64,000 bases of DNA from Planctomycetes bacterium GWF2_41_51 (GTDB taxonomy: Bacteria > Planctomycetota > Phycisphaerae > Sedimentisphaerales > UBA12454). Under the pieces are notes generated by a model. That model ran no database searches. It had not been told where the DNA came from and saw only the letters and a program-made list of their open reading frames with translations. The position numbers were made by a program, and so were the translations under genes. The DNA lies in assembly GCA_001825665.1 (NCBI GenBank), contig MHXZ01000112.1, positions 18,994 through 82,993 of the forward strand, written 5' to 3'. This document shows, one piece after another, positions 19,180-27,992 of this stretch (the stretch's first letter is position 1; every line of letters starts with the position of its first letter).

Positions 19180-19575
19180 ATGAAAAAAGAAATGAAACAT
19201 AATGGTTCAGTTTTATTGATAGCAATTTTTACAATTGCCCTGCTGACGGCGTTTGTTGTGGGAATGCTGCAGCTTAACAGTGAACAGTTCCAGATTATGA
19301 AAAATGAAATATTCGCCGCTCAGGCGAATTTAATCGCTGAGGCAGGTATTGCCGATGCTTTTGCCCGTATCCGCAGCAGTCGAGCTCTGCCGCCGAATTT
19401 CAACCGCAATTTCGGGGGCGGTTCGTACAGCGTTACCGTTTCAGGTTCAATACCGAACCCGAATTTTACATCGAGAGGAACTTCCCCGCAGGGATTTGTT
19501 TCTGATATTCAAGTCGATGTAACCATTGACAGCAACTCGTATGTTATTCGTATCGACAAGATGAGGATAAACTGA
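19180..19575 (+). CDS. GspK/PilX-like minor pseudopilin
   Basis: MKKEMKHNGSVLLIAIFTIALLTAFVVGMLQL is a PilX_N/GspK-type hydrophobic N-terminus without the Glu+5 motif. The start is set at the ATG at 19180, 6 nt after the upstream stop. Confidence 0.6.
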   Translation: MKKEMKHNGSVLLIAIFTIALLTAFVVGMLQLNSEQFQIMKNEIFAAQANLIAEAGIADAFARIRSSRALPPNFNRNFGGGSYSVTVSGSIPNPNFTSRGTSPQGFVSDIQVDVTIDSNSYVIRIDKMRIN

Positions 19576-21083
19576 TGAATCCAAATCATAAAAAAGCAAT
19601 AGGCATAGATGTTTGCGGTAAGTTTGTGAATATCATTTGCCTTAAGAAGAACGGCAGAAAAATCATTCTGACCTACAGCAAACAATTACCGCTTGCCAAA
19701 GAAATTATAAACGGCGAAACCGGCGCAGCTTTGAAATCTCTTGCAGGCACTTTAAAGCATTTAAAATTGACAAAACGCCTTTCGCACTGCGAAGCAGGTT
19801 TATGTGTCTGCTCTTATCCTGAGCTTCTTCAGATTTTCAAACTTCCGGATTCTGCACCGCAGGCAGGAATAAAATTCATACAGGATGAAATTCGGCAATA
19901 CGCGGTTCTGCCTCTTAAAAATATTAAGACAGATTATTGTATGCTGCAGGGAAATATGGGTTCTGAAAACAGACGCGTTCTTGTAGGAGCGTGTCAACCG
20001 GAGCCGTTTGCAGAGGCGGCTAAAGAACTGGAAAAGATTCAAATCGATGTCAACCTGGTAGAACCTGCTATAGTTTCACTTATCAGAGCATGCTATAGAA
20101 AAGTCATTATGCAGACAGAGCATAAGAATACAATATTCATTCTTCTGCGAGATGATGTTATAAACCTTTGCGTATTTAACGGAAGTAAGTTCGATTTTCT
20201 GCGTACAAAGAAAATCGATTGTAATAATTCAGAGCAAAACTCCCCTGCCGAGGTTATCGCAGAACAGGTGGAATCCGTTATCCAATACTACGAACTTGAG
20301 AAAGCTTCTGATCAAAATAAATGGCAATTATTTTTAAACTGCTGTCCGCATACATCTGAAAGTCCGCGAATGGCGGAGCAACTAAAAAAGCTTACAAATC
20401 GCCAAAATTTGGAAATTTATGCGATTGGACCAGAACATATAGGCATAGAATCAGAAAATAAAAATACAGTTGATTTTTCAGTTGTGGCTGTTGGAGCGGC
20501 AATGAAGCTGCTCGATTGCAACGATTCTCAAATCAGTATTAATATGATTCCCGATGAACTATCGGAAATCAGGAAATCGTACAAACATTTTCTTATGATA
20601 ATTAACACGGCAGCGGTAATTCTTTTGCTGTTATTTTTACACATTGCGCAGCTTTCGGTAAAAACGGCAGAAGCTAATACAGAAATATCCAAAAAATCCA
20701 AATCGCGATCAAATATTCCCCAGCTTGCTCGTGTTGAGGAAGACGTTAATTCGCAGACTTTACAGGTAACGAAACAAATAAATATTCTGCGCGACATTAA
20801 CAAAGACAGGGTATGGAATAATCTGGCCAATATATTAGTAGACATTTCAAATAAAGCGCCGGAAACAATACAGTTTCACACTATTGAGTCGAGAATTTCC
20901 GGCAAATTAACTATTGATGGCATAGCTGTGAGTTATGATGCTGTAAATAGTTTCATCGAAAAACTTGCAGCCTGCAAATCAATCAGTTCCACTCAAATTA
21001 CGTATGTCAAACAAAATATGCTTTACGGCAATGGTCTTGTAGATTTTTCAATAAATTGCACCCTTGCTGAGAAGGATAATTGA
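19575..21083 (+). CDS. GspL-like protein (PilM-type actin-like domain, TM helix, PilN-like periplasmic domain)
   Basis: The N-terminal KKAIGIDVCGKFVNIICL is a PilM-like phosphate-1 motif. There is one TM helix (FLMIINTAAVILLLLFLHIAQL), followed by a coiled coil and an alpha/beta domain. The start overlaps the upstream stop (TGATG at 19573-19577). Confidence 0.65.
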   Translation: MNPNHKKAIGIDVCGKFVNIICLKKNGRKIILTYSKQLPLAKEIINGETGAALKSLAGTLKHLKLTKRLSHCEAGLCVCSYPELLQIFKLPDSAPQAGIKFIQDEIRQYAVLPLKNIKTDYCMLQGNMGSENRRVLVGACQPEPFAEAAKELEKIQIDVNLVEPAIVSLIRACYRKVIMQTEHKNTIFILLRDDVINLCVFNGSKFDFLRTKKIDCNNSEQNSPAEVIAEQVESVIQYYELEKASDQNKWQLFLNCCPHTSESPRMAEQLKKLTNRQNLEIYAIGPEHIGIESENKNTVDFSVVAVGAAMKLLDCNDSQISINMIPDELSEIRKSYKHFLMIINTAAVILLLLFLHIAQLSVKTAEANTEISKKSKSRSNIPQLARVEEDVNSQTLQVTKQINILRDINKDRVWNNLANILVDISNKAPETIQFHTIESRISGKLTIDGIAVSYDAVNSFIEKLAACKSISSTQITYVKQNMLYGNGLVDFSINCTLAEKDN

Positions 21084-21084
21084 T

Positions 21085-21687
21085 ATGACTTCTGATATGC
21101 AAAATATTTCAAAACGAAATGTGATGGTTTCGGCGGTTTTGATAATAATCGCGATAGCCATTTATCACTGGTTTGTAACGCCGCATTCACAATATCTTAT
21201 GGCTGCGGAACAATATCAGAAAGCTATAGATACTATAGATAAGAAAAGCAAAATTCTCAACAGCCAGATTCAAATACGGCGAAAAAAACTTGAGAACCTG
21301 ACAAAAGAATTCGAGGAATATAAAGAAGGATATTTTGAAACTGAACAGGCAAAGGATTTTCTTTCGAATCTTCAGACTGCCGCCGAAAACAGCGGATGCG
21401 CAGTTAAAAACATAAAATTCCCGCCATCAAGGTATGCTCCTGTTAAAGGCAGTGAAGAGATGATAATTCATCAATACCAGGCTAATTTATCGCTGCAAGG
21501 TGAATACAGCAGCATCTTAAAATTTCTAAATACCATTCACAACAGACCTGAAAAAGTATGGGTGGAATCGATAAATTTTGAAATGAAAAACACAGAGAAT
21601 GGAGACCTCGGCTGCGATGTCACATTAAGTATTTACACATTAAAGGTTATGGAGCGCATTAAAAATGTTAACAATAAACAAAAATAG
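21085..21687 (+). CDS. GspM/PilO-like bitopic protein
   Basis: N-terminal TM helix (VMVSAVLIIIAIAIYHWFV), a coiled coil and a C-terminal ferredoxin-like region. The start is set at the ATG at 21085, which has GAAGGA upstream. Confidence 0.55.
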   Translation: MTSDMQNISKRNVMVSAVLIIIAIAIYHWFVTPHSQYLMAAEQYQKAIDTIDKKSKILNSQIQIRRKKLENLTKEFEEYKEGYFETEQAKDFLSNLQTAAENSGCAVKNIKFPPSRYAPVKGSEEMIIHQYQANLSLQGEYSSILKFLNTIHNRPEKVWVESINFEMKNTENGDLGCDVTLSIYTLKVMERIKNVNNKQK

Positions 21688-22918
21688 CAGATTAATTTTA
21701 ACGTTTATAATTCTTTTATCTGCATCAGTTTTCGCGGCAGAGGAAATCGATATCAATTCGATAACAAAAAGTAATCCTTTCGCGAGATTTACACCAAGGC
21801 AAGCAACTCCCGGCAGCGTCGCAGTAATTGATAAACCAGACCTGGTTGTTGAAACAGCTACGCTGAAATTCCTCGATGCAAAAAGTGTTAAAGCCTCAAT
21901 TATAAATATGGCAAGCAATTATGGGAACATTGAGACAGATGACAAAGTTAACGCGTTGATTATCTGCGATACGCGGGAGAATGTCGATAAAATTCTCCTG
22001 CAAATCCGAAAGATAGACCGCAAACCAGACCAGGTTATGATTGAAGTTGTCATCGTTGATGTGAAGCTCGATAACGAAACTGAAATCGGCGTTAACTGGG
22101 ATATGCTCACAAATGATTATAGAGATGCAGTTTACAGGCAAAATCTTAATTTTTCAAACCGTCTAACTGCTACACCTCAAACAGGTAACATAGAAAATGC
22201 AACTGCATTCAACACAATAGGTACTGCCGGGGATTTCTGGCTTATTATGGGAGATATAAGAACAGTCATTCATGCATTGCAGCAAAGAAACAAAGTAGAA
22301 ATTATCGCAAGTCCGCGCGTTATGGTATTGAGCGGACAGACAGCATCTATTGAGTCCGTCGAAGAGATACCATATTCCGAACTATCACAAACAAGCGAGG
22401 GAGGCTCGTTAACAAGTACACAGTTTAAAAATGTTGGCGTTACACTCGATATCGGTGCAACTTTAACAGATGATAAATATATCCTGTTAGATGTTGAATC
22501 AGGGCAAAAAGTCAGGACGGGTTCCAGCATCGACGGAGTACCCATTGTTGATGCAAGAGTAGTCAAGAGTTCTCTTCTGCTTGAAGATGGGCAGACTCTC
22601 GTAATAGGCGGACTGCGACGAAAGGAAATGCAGAAACAAACTAATCAAATTCCATTTCTTGGTGATATTCCTGTTGTTGGTTTGGCGTTTAAGGCCACGA
22701 ATACAGTCGAAAATAATTCGGAGCTTCTGATAATTCTTTCACCGCACATATACGCAGGTGAGAAACCAAACGCACAGCAAATGAAGAAATTTAATGAAAT
22801 AACCAAAAGACCTCTTCTGACTATTTCGGAATTCGAAGAAGAAAAAGAAAAAAAAGAAAGAAAAGAGAAAGCGGAAAAACTGAAAAAGGAAAAGGTAACG
22901 AAGAAGGTAACAAAATAG
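21665..22918 (+). CDS. gspD: Short secretin (one N1-type domain plus secretin domain) with a Lys/Glu-rich tail
   Basis: Signal peptide. Secretin_N-like segment (DDKVNALIICDTRENVDKILLQIRKIDRKPDQVMIEVVIVDV). Secretin core (VEIIASPRVMVLSGQTASI...LVIGGLRRKEMQKQTNQIPFLGDIPVVGLAFK). Tail EEEKEKKERKEKAEKLKKEKVTKKVTK. Confidence 0.8.
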   Translation: MLTINKNSRLILTFIILLSASVFAAEEIDINSITKSNPFARFTPRQATPGSVAVIDKPDLVVETATLKFLDAKSVKASIINMASNYGNIETDDKVNALIICDTRENVDKILLQIRKIDRKPDQVMIEVVIVDVKLDNETEIGVNWDMLTNDYRDAVYRQNLNFSNRLTATPQTGNIENATAFNTIGTAGDFWLIMGDIRTVIHALQQRNKVEIIASPRVMVLSGQTASIESVEEIPYSELSQTSEGGSLTSTQFKNVGVTLDIGATLTDDKYILLDVESGQKVRTGSSIDGVPIVDARVVKSSLLLEDGQTLVIGGLRRKEMQKQTNQIPFLGDIPVVGLAFKATNTVENNSELLIILSPHIYAGEKPNAQQMKKFNEITKRPLLTISEFEEEKEKKERKEKAEKLKKEKVTKKVTK

Positions 22919-22957
22919 ATTTAAGCAGCTTGTTTTGAAAATGAAAGGCAACTACAA

Positions 22958-24745
22958 ATGAATTGCAAGACAAACGTCGTTCATGTAACACACGAAGCGG
23001 TAAGCAAAATTGGCGGTATCGGCGCAGTGCTCGAAGGAATGCTCACAAATAAAGTTTATCTCGAATCAACGGGAAGAACAATTCTTATCAGCCCTCTCTT
23101 CTCCACTGACGGACCAGTAGAAAATCGTCTCGGTCTCGGAGGTGAGGTGCTTTATTCGAGTGTTGATGGTTTTGTGCAAACGGGATATAACGAAACTTTC
23201 AAACATATTGAAAAATATTTCAATGTCGATATCGTTTACGGCAGAAAACTTTTCGAAGACAGACGCCACGGTATTACAAGCTCGCCCGAAGTTATATTAA
23301 TTGATGTTCGTCAAATTAATGCTCATGCGATAAACGAATTCAAAAGACAATTGTTTGAGCATTTCGGCATATCGAGCATGAGATACGAGCACATCTGGGA
23401 TTATGAAGAATGGACAAGGCTCGCCCCGCCGGCAATCGCTGCTATCAAAGCAATAGGAGCCGCTCCTCATAACGGCAGCACCGTAGTATTCAGTCATGAG
23501 TTTATGGGAATGCCCACAGCACTTGCCGCCAAACTCGAACAAGACTGCAATTTCAGGACAGTTTTCTATGCGCACGAAGTTGCCACTGTCCGGCGAATAG
23601 TAGAAGATAGAACCGGTCACGATACAATGTTTTATAATGTAATGAACGCCGCAACTGCACGCGATATGTCGCTGCCTGATGTATTCGGAGACCAAAACGG
23701 CTATGCCAAACATGCACTTGTAAACGCTTCAAAATTTTGTGACAAAATATATGTAGTAGGCGACCTTGTCGGCGAAGAAATGAAATTCTTATCGAAGGAA
23801 TTCGACTCCGCTCAAATTCAACTCGCTTATAACGGCATCCCCGCTTATCAAATCAGTCTTGAAGAAAAAAATATTTCACGCAACAGATTGCGCCAGTACA
23901 GCAAAAATCTGCTCGGGTTCGAGCCGGATTATCTATTTTCTCACGTAACCCGGCTTGTACGCAGCAAAGGGCTTTGGCGGGATTTAAGGGTACTGGAGCA
24001 TATAGATAAAGAATTATGCGCACAGAACAAAACGGGAGTAATGTTCTTTTTGAGTACCGAAGTAGGCCCGCGAAGAGAACATGATATTCTGAAAATGGAA
24101 TCGGAATATCACTGGCCGGTTGTGCATCATGACAGGCTGCCGGATTTAAGCGGAGGTGAAGCTGTTTTTTACACAGCAGTTCAGGAGTTCAACGCAAGAA
24201 GCAGAAATGTAAAAGTTGTTTTTATAAACCAGTTCGGTTTCAACAGGCAACGCTGCGGCAATAGAATGCCCGAAGATATGGAATTCATGGATATCAGAAA
24301 AGGTACCGATGTCGAATTCGGCCAAAGCATCTATGAGCCGTTCGGAATTGCACAATTGGAGCCTTTGAGTTTTGGAGGTATATGCGTTGTAAGCAGCGTT
24401 TGCGGATGTGCCGGTTTTATTAAAAGAATCTGCAATCCTGAAGAAGTAAAAAATGTGATAATAGCGGACTACACTGATCTGAACGGAATGAAATTTAACA
24501 GTATGGATGAATTGCTCAAAATAAATCTTGAGACCAGAGACCGGCTGGAGCATCATATCAGTCAGAAAGTCGCAGTTCAAATACTCACGAATCTACCGCG
24601 CAGCGATGAGGATTTAGCCAATATGATTAATACAGGATATCTCCTGGCCGCACAGATGAGTTGGGATGTTGCCGTTGAGAATTATATTTTGCCCGGACTT
24701 CCAAAAACAGATGCAATAAAACAAGAATCAGTTTCATTAGCATAA
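22958..24745 (+). CDS. GT-B fold glycosyltransferase, glycogen-synthase (GT3/GT5)-like
   Basis: The N-terminal VVHVTHEAVSKIGGIGAVLEG resembles the E-x-x-x-K-[IV]-GG-[IL] motif of glycogen synthases. The C-terminal SIYEPFGIAQLEPLSFGG resembles the GT-B EX7E region. Confidence 0.5.
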   Translation: MNCKTNVVHVTHEAVSKIGGIGAVLEGMLTNKVYLESTGRTILISPLFSTDGPVENRLGLGGEVLYSSVDGFVQTGYNETFKHIEKYFNVDIVYGRKLFEDRRHGITSSPEVILIDVRQINAHAINEFKRQLFEHFGISSMRYEHIWDYEEWTRLAPPAIAAIKAIGAAPHNGSTVVFSHEFMGMPTALAAKLEQDCNFRTVFYAHEVATVRRIVEDRTGHDTMFYNVMNAATARDMSLPDVFGDQNGYAKHALVNASKFCDKIYVVGDLVGEEMKFLSKEFDSAQIQLAYNGIPAYQISLEEKNISRNRLRQYSKNLLGFEPDYLFSHVTRLVRSKGLWRDLRVLEHIDKELCAQNKTGVMFFLSTEVGPRREHDILKMESEYHWPVVHHDRLPDLSGGEAVFYTAVQEFNARSRNVKVVFINQFGFNRQRCGNRMPEDMEFMDIRKGTDVEFGQSIYEPFGIAQLEPLSFGGICVVSSVCGCAGFIKRICNPEEVKNVIIADYTDLNGMKFNSMDELLKINLETRDRLEHHISQKVAVQILTNLPRSDEDLANMINTGYLLAAQMSWDVAVENYILPGLPKTDAIKQESVSLA

Positions 24746-24757
24746 ATAAACTGGAAG

Positions 24758-26722
24758 TTATGGCATAAACGGCATCGGTCCGCCAGGCATATTCCCCGGC
24801 TGCATAGGCAAACTTTCATTTTCCATATTGCCCGGCTGATATGTGGGCGCTCTGCGAGTTGTTCCGCTCGATGCCTGTTCCCATGGCAGCAGTACTATAG
24901 GCGGAGCTTCAAGAGTTGCGGTAATATCTTTGTAAATCTTTGTAACATCTGCAGGCCAATTCTTTTCTTTAATCGGCATTTTCTCAATTTTATTGCCGTC
25001 AAAGCTGAACATCATTTCATAATAATCGCGAGAACGTAAAGTGCCGGTGCCGTACAATTCAGATATGCGGCGTGCGTCAACCATTACAGCTCCTGTAGAA
25101 AAATCTATCGGATCGCTGTTGATACCGGCATCCGCTAGTCTTGCATCTGCGTCTTCGTCAGCTCTGCCGATTTCTTCACCGCTTTTAACTGAATATTTTT
25201 TGCTTGCCCAGTTGCCGAGCATATACCTGGCAACTACAACTTCGACATTTTTATCCGTGCTGATACCTTTGGGATTGTCTCTTACTTCGATCGGGAAGAA
25301 GTATAACCTTTGCGGTATTTCAATAGTTGAGTTTACATCAGCAAAATCGCTCCATAATACTACCTGGTTACGATATTCTTTCTGCTCTTCAGTAAACAAA
25401 TCTCTGCCGGCGATCGGATTGAACACACCGACTCTTATTCGATACTGATATTTTTCGCCGGGTTTGGTTGTATCATCGTGAGCCCAGAAAACTAACTTGT
25501 CCAAATTTTCCAAACTATTTTCCGGCTTGATTTTGATTGCCTCGAAATCAGCTTCTTCTGTTATATCGGGCAAAGAAGGTGAGTTCGTAACTCTATCAGG
25601 ACGTGCCGGTCTTTCCCTCTCAGGTGTCGTTGGTTGTCTTCTCGTTTGCGTTGGCTGTCGAGGCGCGGCTTCACGACGAGAAGTAGTACGCGAAGGCGCC
25701 GCTTCCCTTCCTCTCCCGCCGATAGGTGTCATCTCATCGACATTTCTTGACGGGGTACGGGTTTCGCGAGTTTCACGTGCAGGAGTGCTTCTATCCTGAA
25801 GCCTTCTGGTTTTTTCGGCTTCCATTTCCTGACGGCGAATTTCTTCCTGCTGTTTTTCCAGCTTAACCTGCCGTTTGTTATAAAAAGAGGGACTTATCCA
25901 CATATCGGCAGGTATCGCGTTGCAATAAACCTGGGGTTGGATAACTTCCTCGCGAAATTCATCTTTGGCAAACTGAACCAGCGCCATTTCTATTCCATAT
26001 TCACTTGGCTCTTCAGGGATAGCCAGATTCTTTTTGAGATAACATATCTTAGTCTGAGGAACTTCAGCCCAATCGCTCCAACTGCCATCCGGCTGCAACG
26101 TTTTTTTCTGAAGCTGAACTTTAGCGAAAACAGGTTTGGCATATTGTTCTTTGCGTTTTTCGGCAGGAAAACTTCTGCCCGCAAATGATTCTCTGAATTT
26201 GGCGTAAAGAGTTTTAATATCAATCGACGACTCAACTGTTACAAGATCCAAATCCTCAATTTTTTTCTCAGCACTTTCATAAGTAACCGTCATCGAAAGC
26301 TCTTCCAACGGCACAAAAGCCGCCATTCTTACAACCGATGAACTTGGCCTTTCTATCCGGCCTATATTAGGAATTTTATAGGTGAACTTTAAGGAATCTT
26401 CAAGTTTTTGCGATTGATTGCCGGCCAGCGGAAATTTTATATTATCATTTACATCTTTGCCAATCGGATTATTTAACAACGCAAGAAATTGAACCTGCTT
26501 CGATACATATTTTATATTTTCATTCGGTTCATCATTCATTCTTGCGTCGAGTCGCATCGCTTTTTGATGAATTGCATCATCAATTTCCGAAGGACCTGCG
26601 CCATCGACATTAGGGCTCTTAAAGACAAAAACAAAAAGTATAATAAGCGACAGAAACGCCGCTGCTGCGATTATAATCTTATCGATATAAAGTTCGATAT
26701 AATTTGTTTTTTTCATTCCCAT
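24758..26722 (-). CDS. Hypothetical membrane-anchored protein (654 aa), third gene of the PilM-like operon
   Basis: N-terminal TM helix (IIIAAAAFLSLIILFVFVF). A ~90-aa Arg/Pro/Thr/Glu-rich linker. A C-terminal domain containing LVFWAHDDTTKPGEKYQYRIRVGVFNP. A Gly/Met/Pro tail PGNMENESLPMQPGNMPGGPMPFMP. The start overlaps the upstream stop (TAATG at 26720-26724). Confidence 0.7.
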   Translation of the reverse strand: MGMKKTNYIELYIDKIIIAAAAFLSLIILFVFVFKSPNVDGAGPSEIDDAIHQKAMRLDARMNDEPNENIKYVSKQVQFLALLNNPIGKDVNDNIKFPLAGNQSQKLEDSLKFTYKIPNIGRIERPSSSVVRMAAFVPLEELSMTVTYESAEKKIEDLDLVTVESSIDIKTLYAKFRESFAGRSFPAEKRKEQYAKPVFAKVQLQKKTLQPDGSWSDWAEVPQTKICYLKKNLAIPEEPSEYGIEMALVQFAKDEFREEVIQPQVYCNAIPADMWISPSFYNKRQVKLEKQQEEIRRQEMEAEKTRRLQDRSTPARETRETRTPSRNVDEMTPIGGRGREAAPSRTTSRREAAPRQPTQTRRQPTTPERERPARPDRVTNSPSLPDITEEADFEAIKIKPENSLENLDKLVFWAHDDTTKPGEKYQYRIRVGVFNPIAGRDLFTEEQKEYRNQVVLWSDFADVNSTIEIPQRLYFFPIEVRDNPKGISTDKNVEVVVARYMLGNWASKKYSVKSGEEIGRADEDADARLADAGINSDPIDFSTGAVMVDARRISELYGTGTLRSRDYYEMMFSFDGNKIEKMPIKEKNWPADVTKIYKDITATLEAPPIVLLPWEQASSGTTRRAPTYQPGNMENESLPMQPGNMPGGPMPFMP

Positions 26723-27969
26723 TATTGCATGCCTCCTGGCATTCCCGGCATTCCATACCCTCCTCCTTGATTACCGGAATCGTAGGAAGGAGAACCTGTT
26801 GAAGATGTTCCGGCAATATCATCACTGATTGATTGAGGTTTAATTACATCATATCCCTGGCGATTGAAGACATATTCGCAAATCAAATCCAAACTAACAA
26901 CCGCATCAGAGCCGTAGTAGTATCTTTTATTTTCCGCACTGTTTCTGTCAACAGGGGTGATACTGCTTTCAAGTACCGTAATTTGATTATGTTTGTATTT
27001 TTCAGGAGACAATTCTCCTTTATACCCGGCGAAATTATGCTCCTTCTCACTGCAAAGAGCAGACATAAATTTCAGCACGTCATCTGCTCTGACTATTGCT
27101 GAAACCTTAAAATGAACTACATCAATTTTTTCATTACACTTTCTGCCAGTCCAGGGTTGACACAAACCGCCAACCGTTTCATTAACATAAACAGGCAAAT
27201 CTAAACCGCTGTCTCTGGTGCCCTCGGTGAATTTGACAGAAAGAAGCCTTTTAACTGATGATTCATCAACGCTCGATGAACCTGCATTTATTGAATTGAT
27301 GGTATCGATGACATCCTGATGAATCCAGCAGGCAAGCTGACAATACCAGCAATCTTTAACGGCGCTTTCTGTTCCTTTATATTCCCAATTGTCCCAAAAA
27401 GCGTATCCGCTGAAAACCCAGGGATTAGCATAAACAGGAATTTCCTGACTGCGGCTTTTGCAGATAAGTTCTACAATTTTATCGTCGCCTTTTGTTCCGG
27501 GCGAATAACTTTCATTTCCGGCCGAGATAGTAACAGAACCTGCAAGTTTTCTTATTTCATTGTCCGTAGGAGCATCCAATGCTTTTAAGTTTTTCACATA
27601 ACCGGCAAAAGCCGTGTTATATTCTCTTTTGAATTCATTGAAAATCTGCATCGATGTCTCATTGGGATCCGGAAATATCTTATAACTAAGCAGTTCCCTT
27701 TGCGTTGTTTGCATTGCGAGCTTGTCAATTTGGTTTGCGTCGATTTCGTGGCTATCCTGATGCTTTTTCTCAATTTCCGGTTGCCGTGACGAAACTATAG
27801 TATTGAGCATTGAATTGATGCTTCTGCCTAAACTTGCGCTTTCCTCGAGTTTATTGCTTATTTTGCCGCGCAACATAACAGACGGAATCAAAAGCAATAA
27901 CGCTGCGGCAGCTATTACCGCCGGTATAATTATTGCCATATTCTTTTTTATAATTTTAACTACATCCAT
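26722..27969 (-). CDS. Hypothetical membrane-anchored protein (415 aa), second gene of the PilM-like operon
   Basis: N-terminal TM helix (MAIIIPAVIAAAALLLLIPSVML), a Cys/Trp-rich soluble domain (DCWYCQLACWIHQDVIDTINSIN) and a tail GNQGGGYGMPGMPGGMQ. The start is moved to the ATG at 27969, 24 nt after the upstream stop. Confidence 0.7.
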   Translation of the reverse strand: MDVVKIIKKNMAIIIPAVIAAAALLLLIPSVMLRGKISNKLEESASLGRSINSMLNTIVSSRQPEIEKKHQDSHEIDANQIDKLAMQTTQRELLSYKIFPDPNETSMQIFNEFKREYNTAFAGYVKNLKALDAPTDNEIRKLAGSVTISAGNESYSPGTKGDDKIVELICKSRSQEIPVYANPWVFSGYAFWDNWEYKGTESAVKDCWYCQLACWIHQDVIDTINSINAGSSSVDESSVKRLLSVKFTEGTRDSGLDLPVYVNETVGGLCQPWTGRKCNEKIDVVHFKVSAIVRADDVLKFMSALCSEKEHNFAGYKGELSPEKYKHNQITVLESSITPVDRNSAENKRYYYGSDAVVSLDLICEYVFNRQGYDVIKPQSISDDIAGTSSTGSPSYDSGNQGGGYGMPGMPGGMQ

Positions 27970-27992
27970 ATATACGTCTTTCGTAGTTCGGT

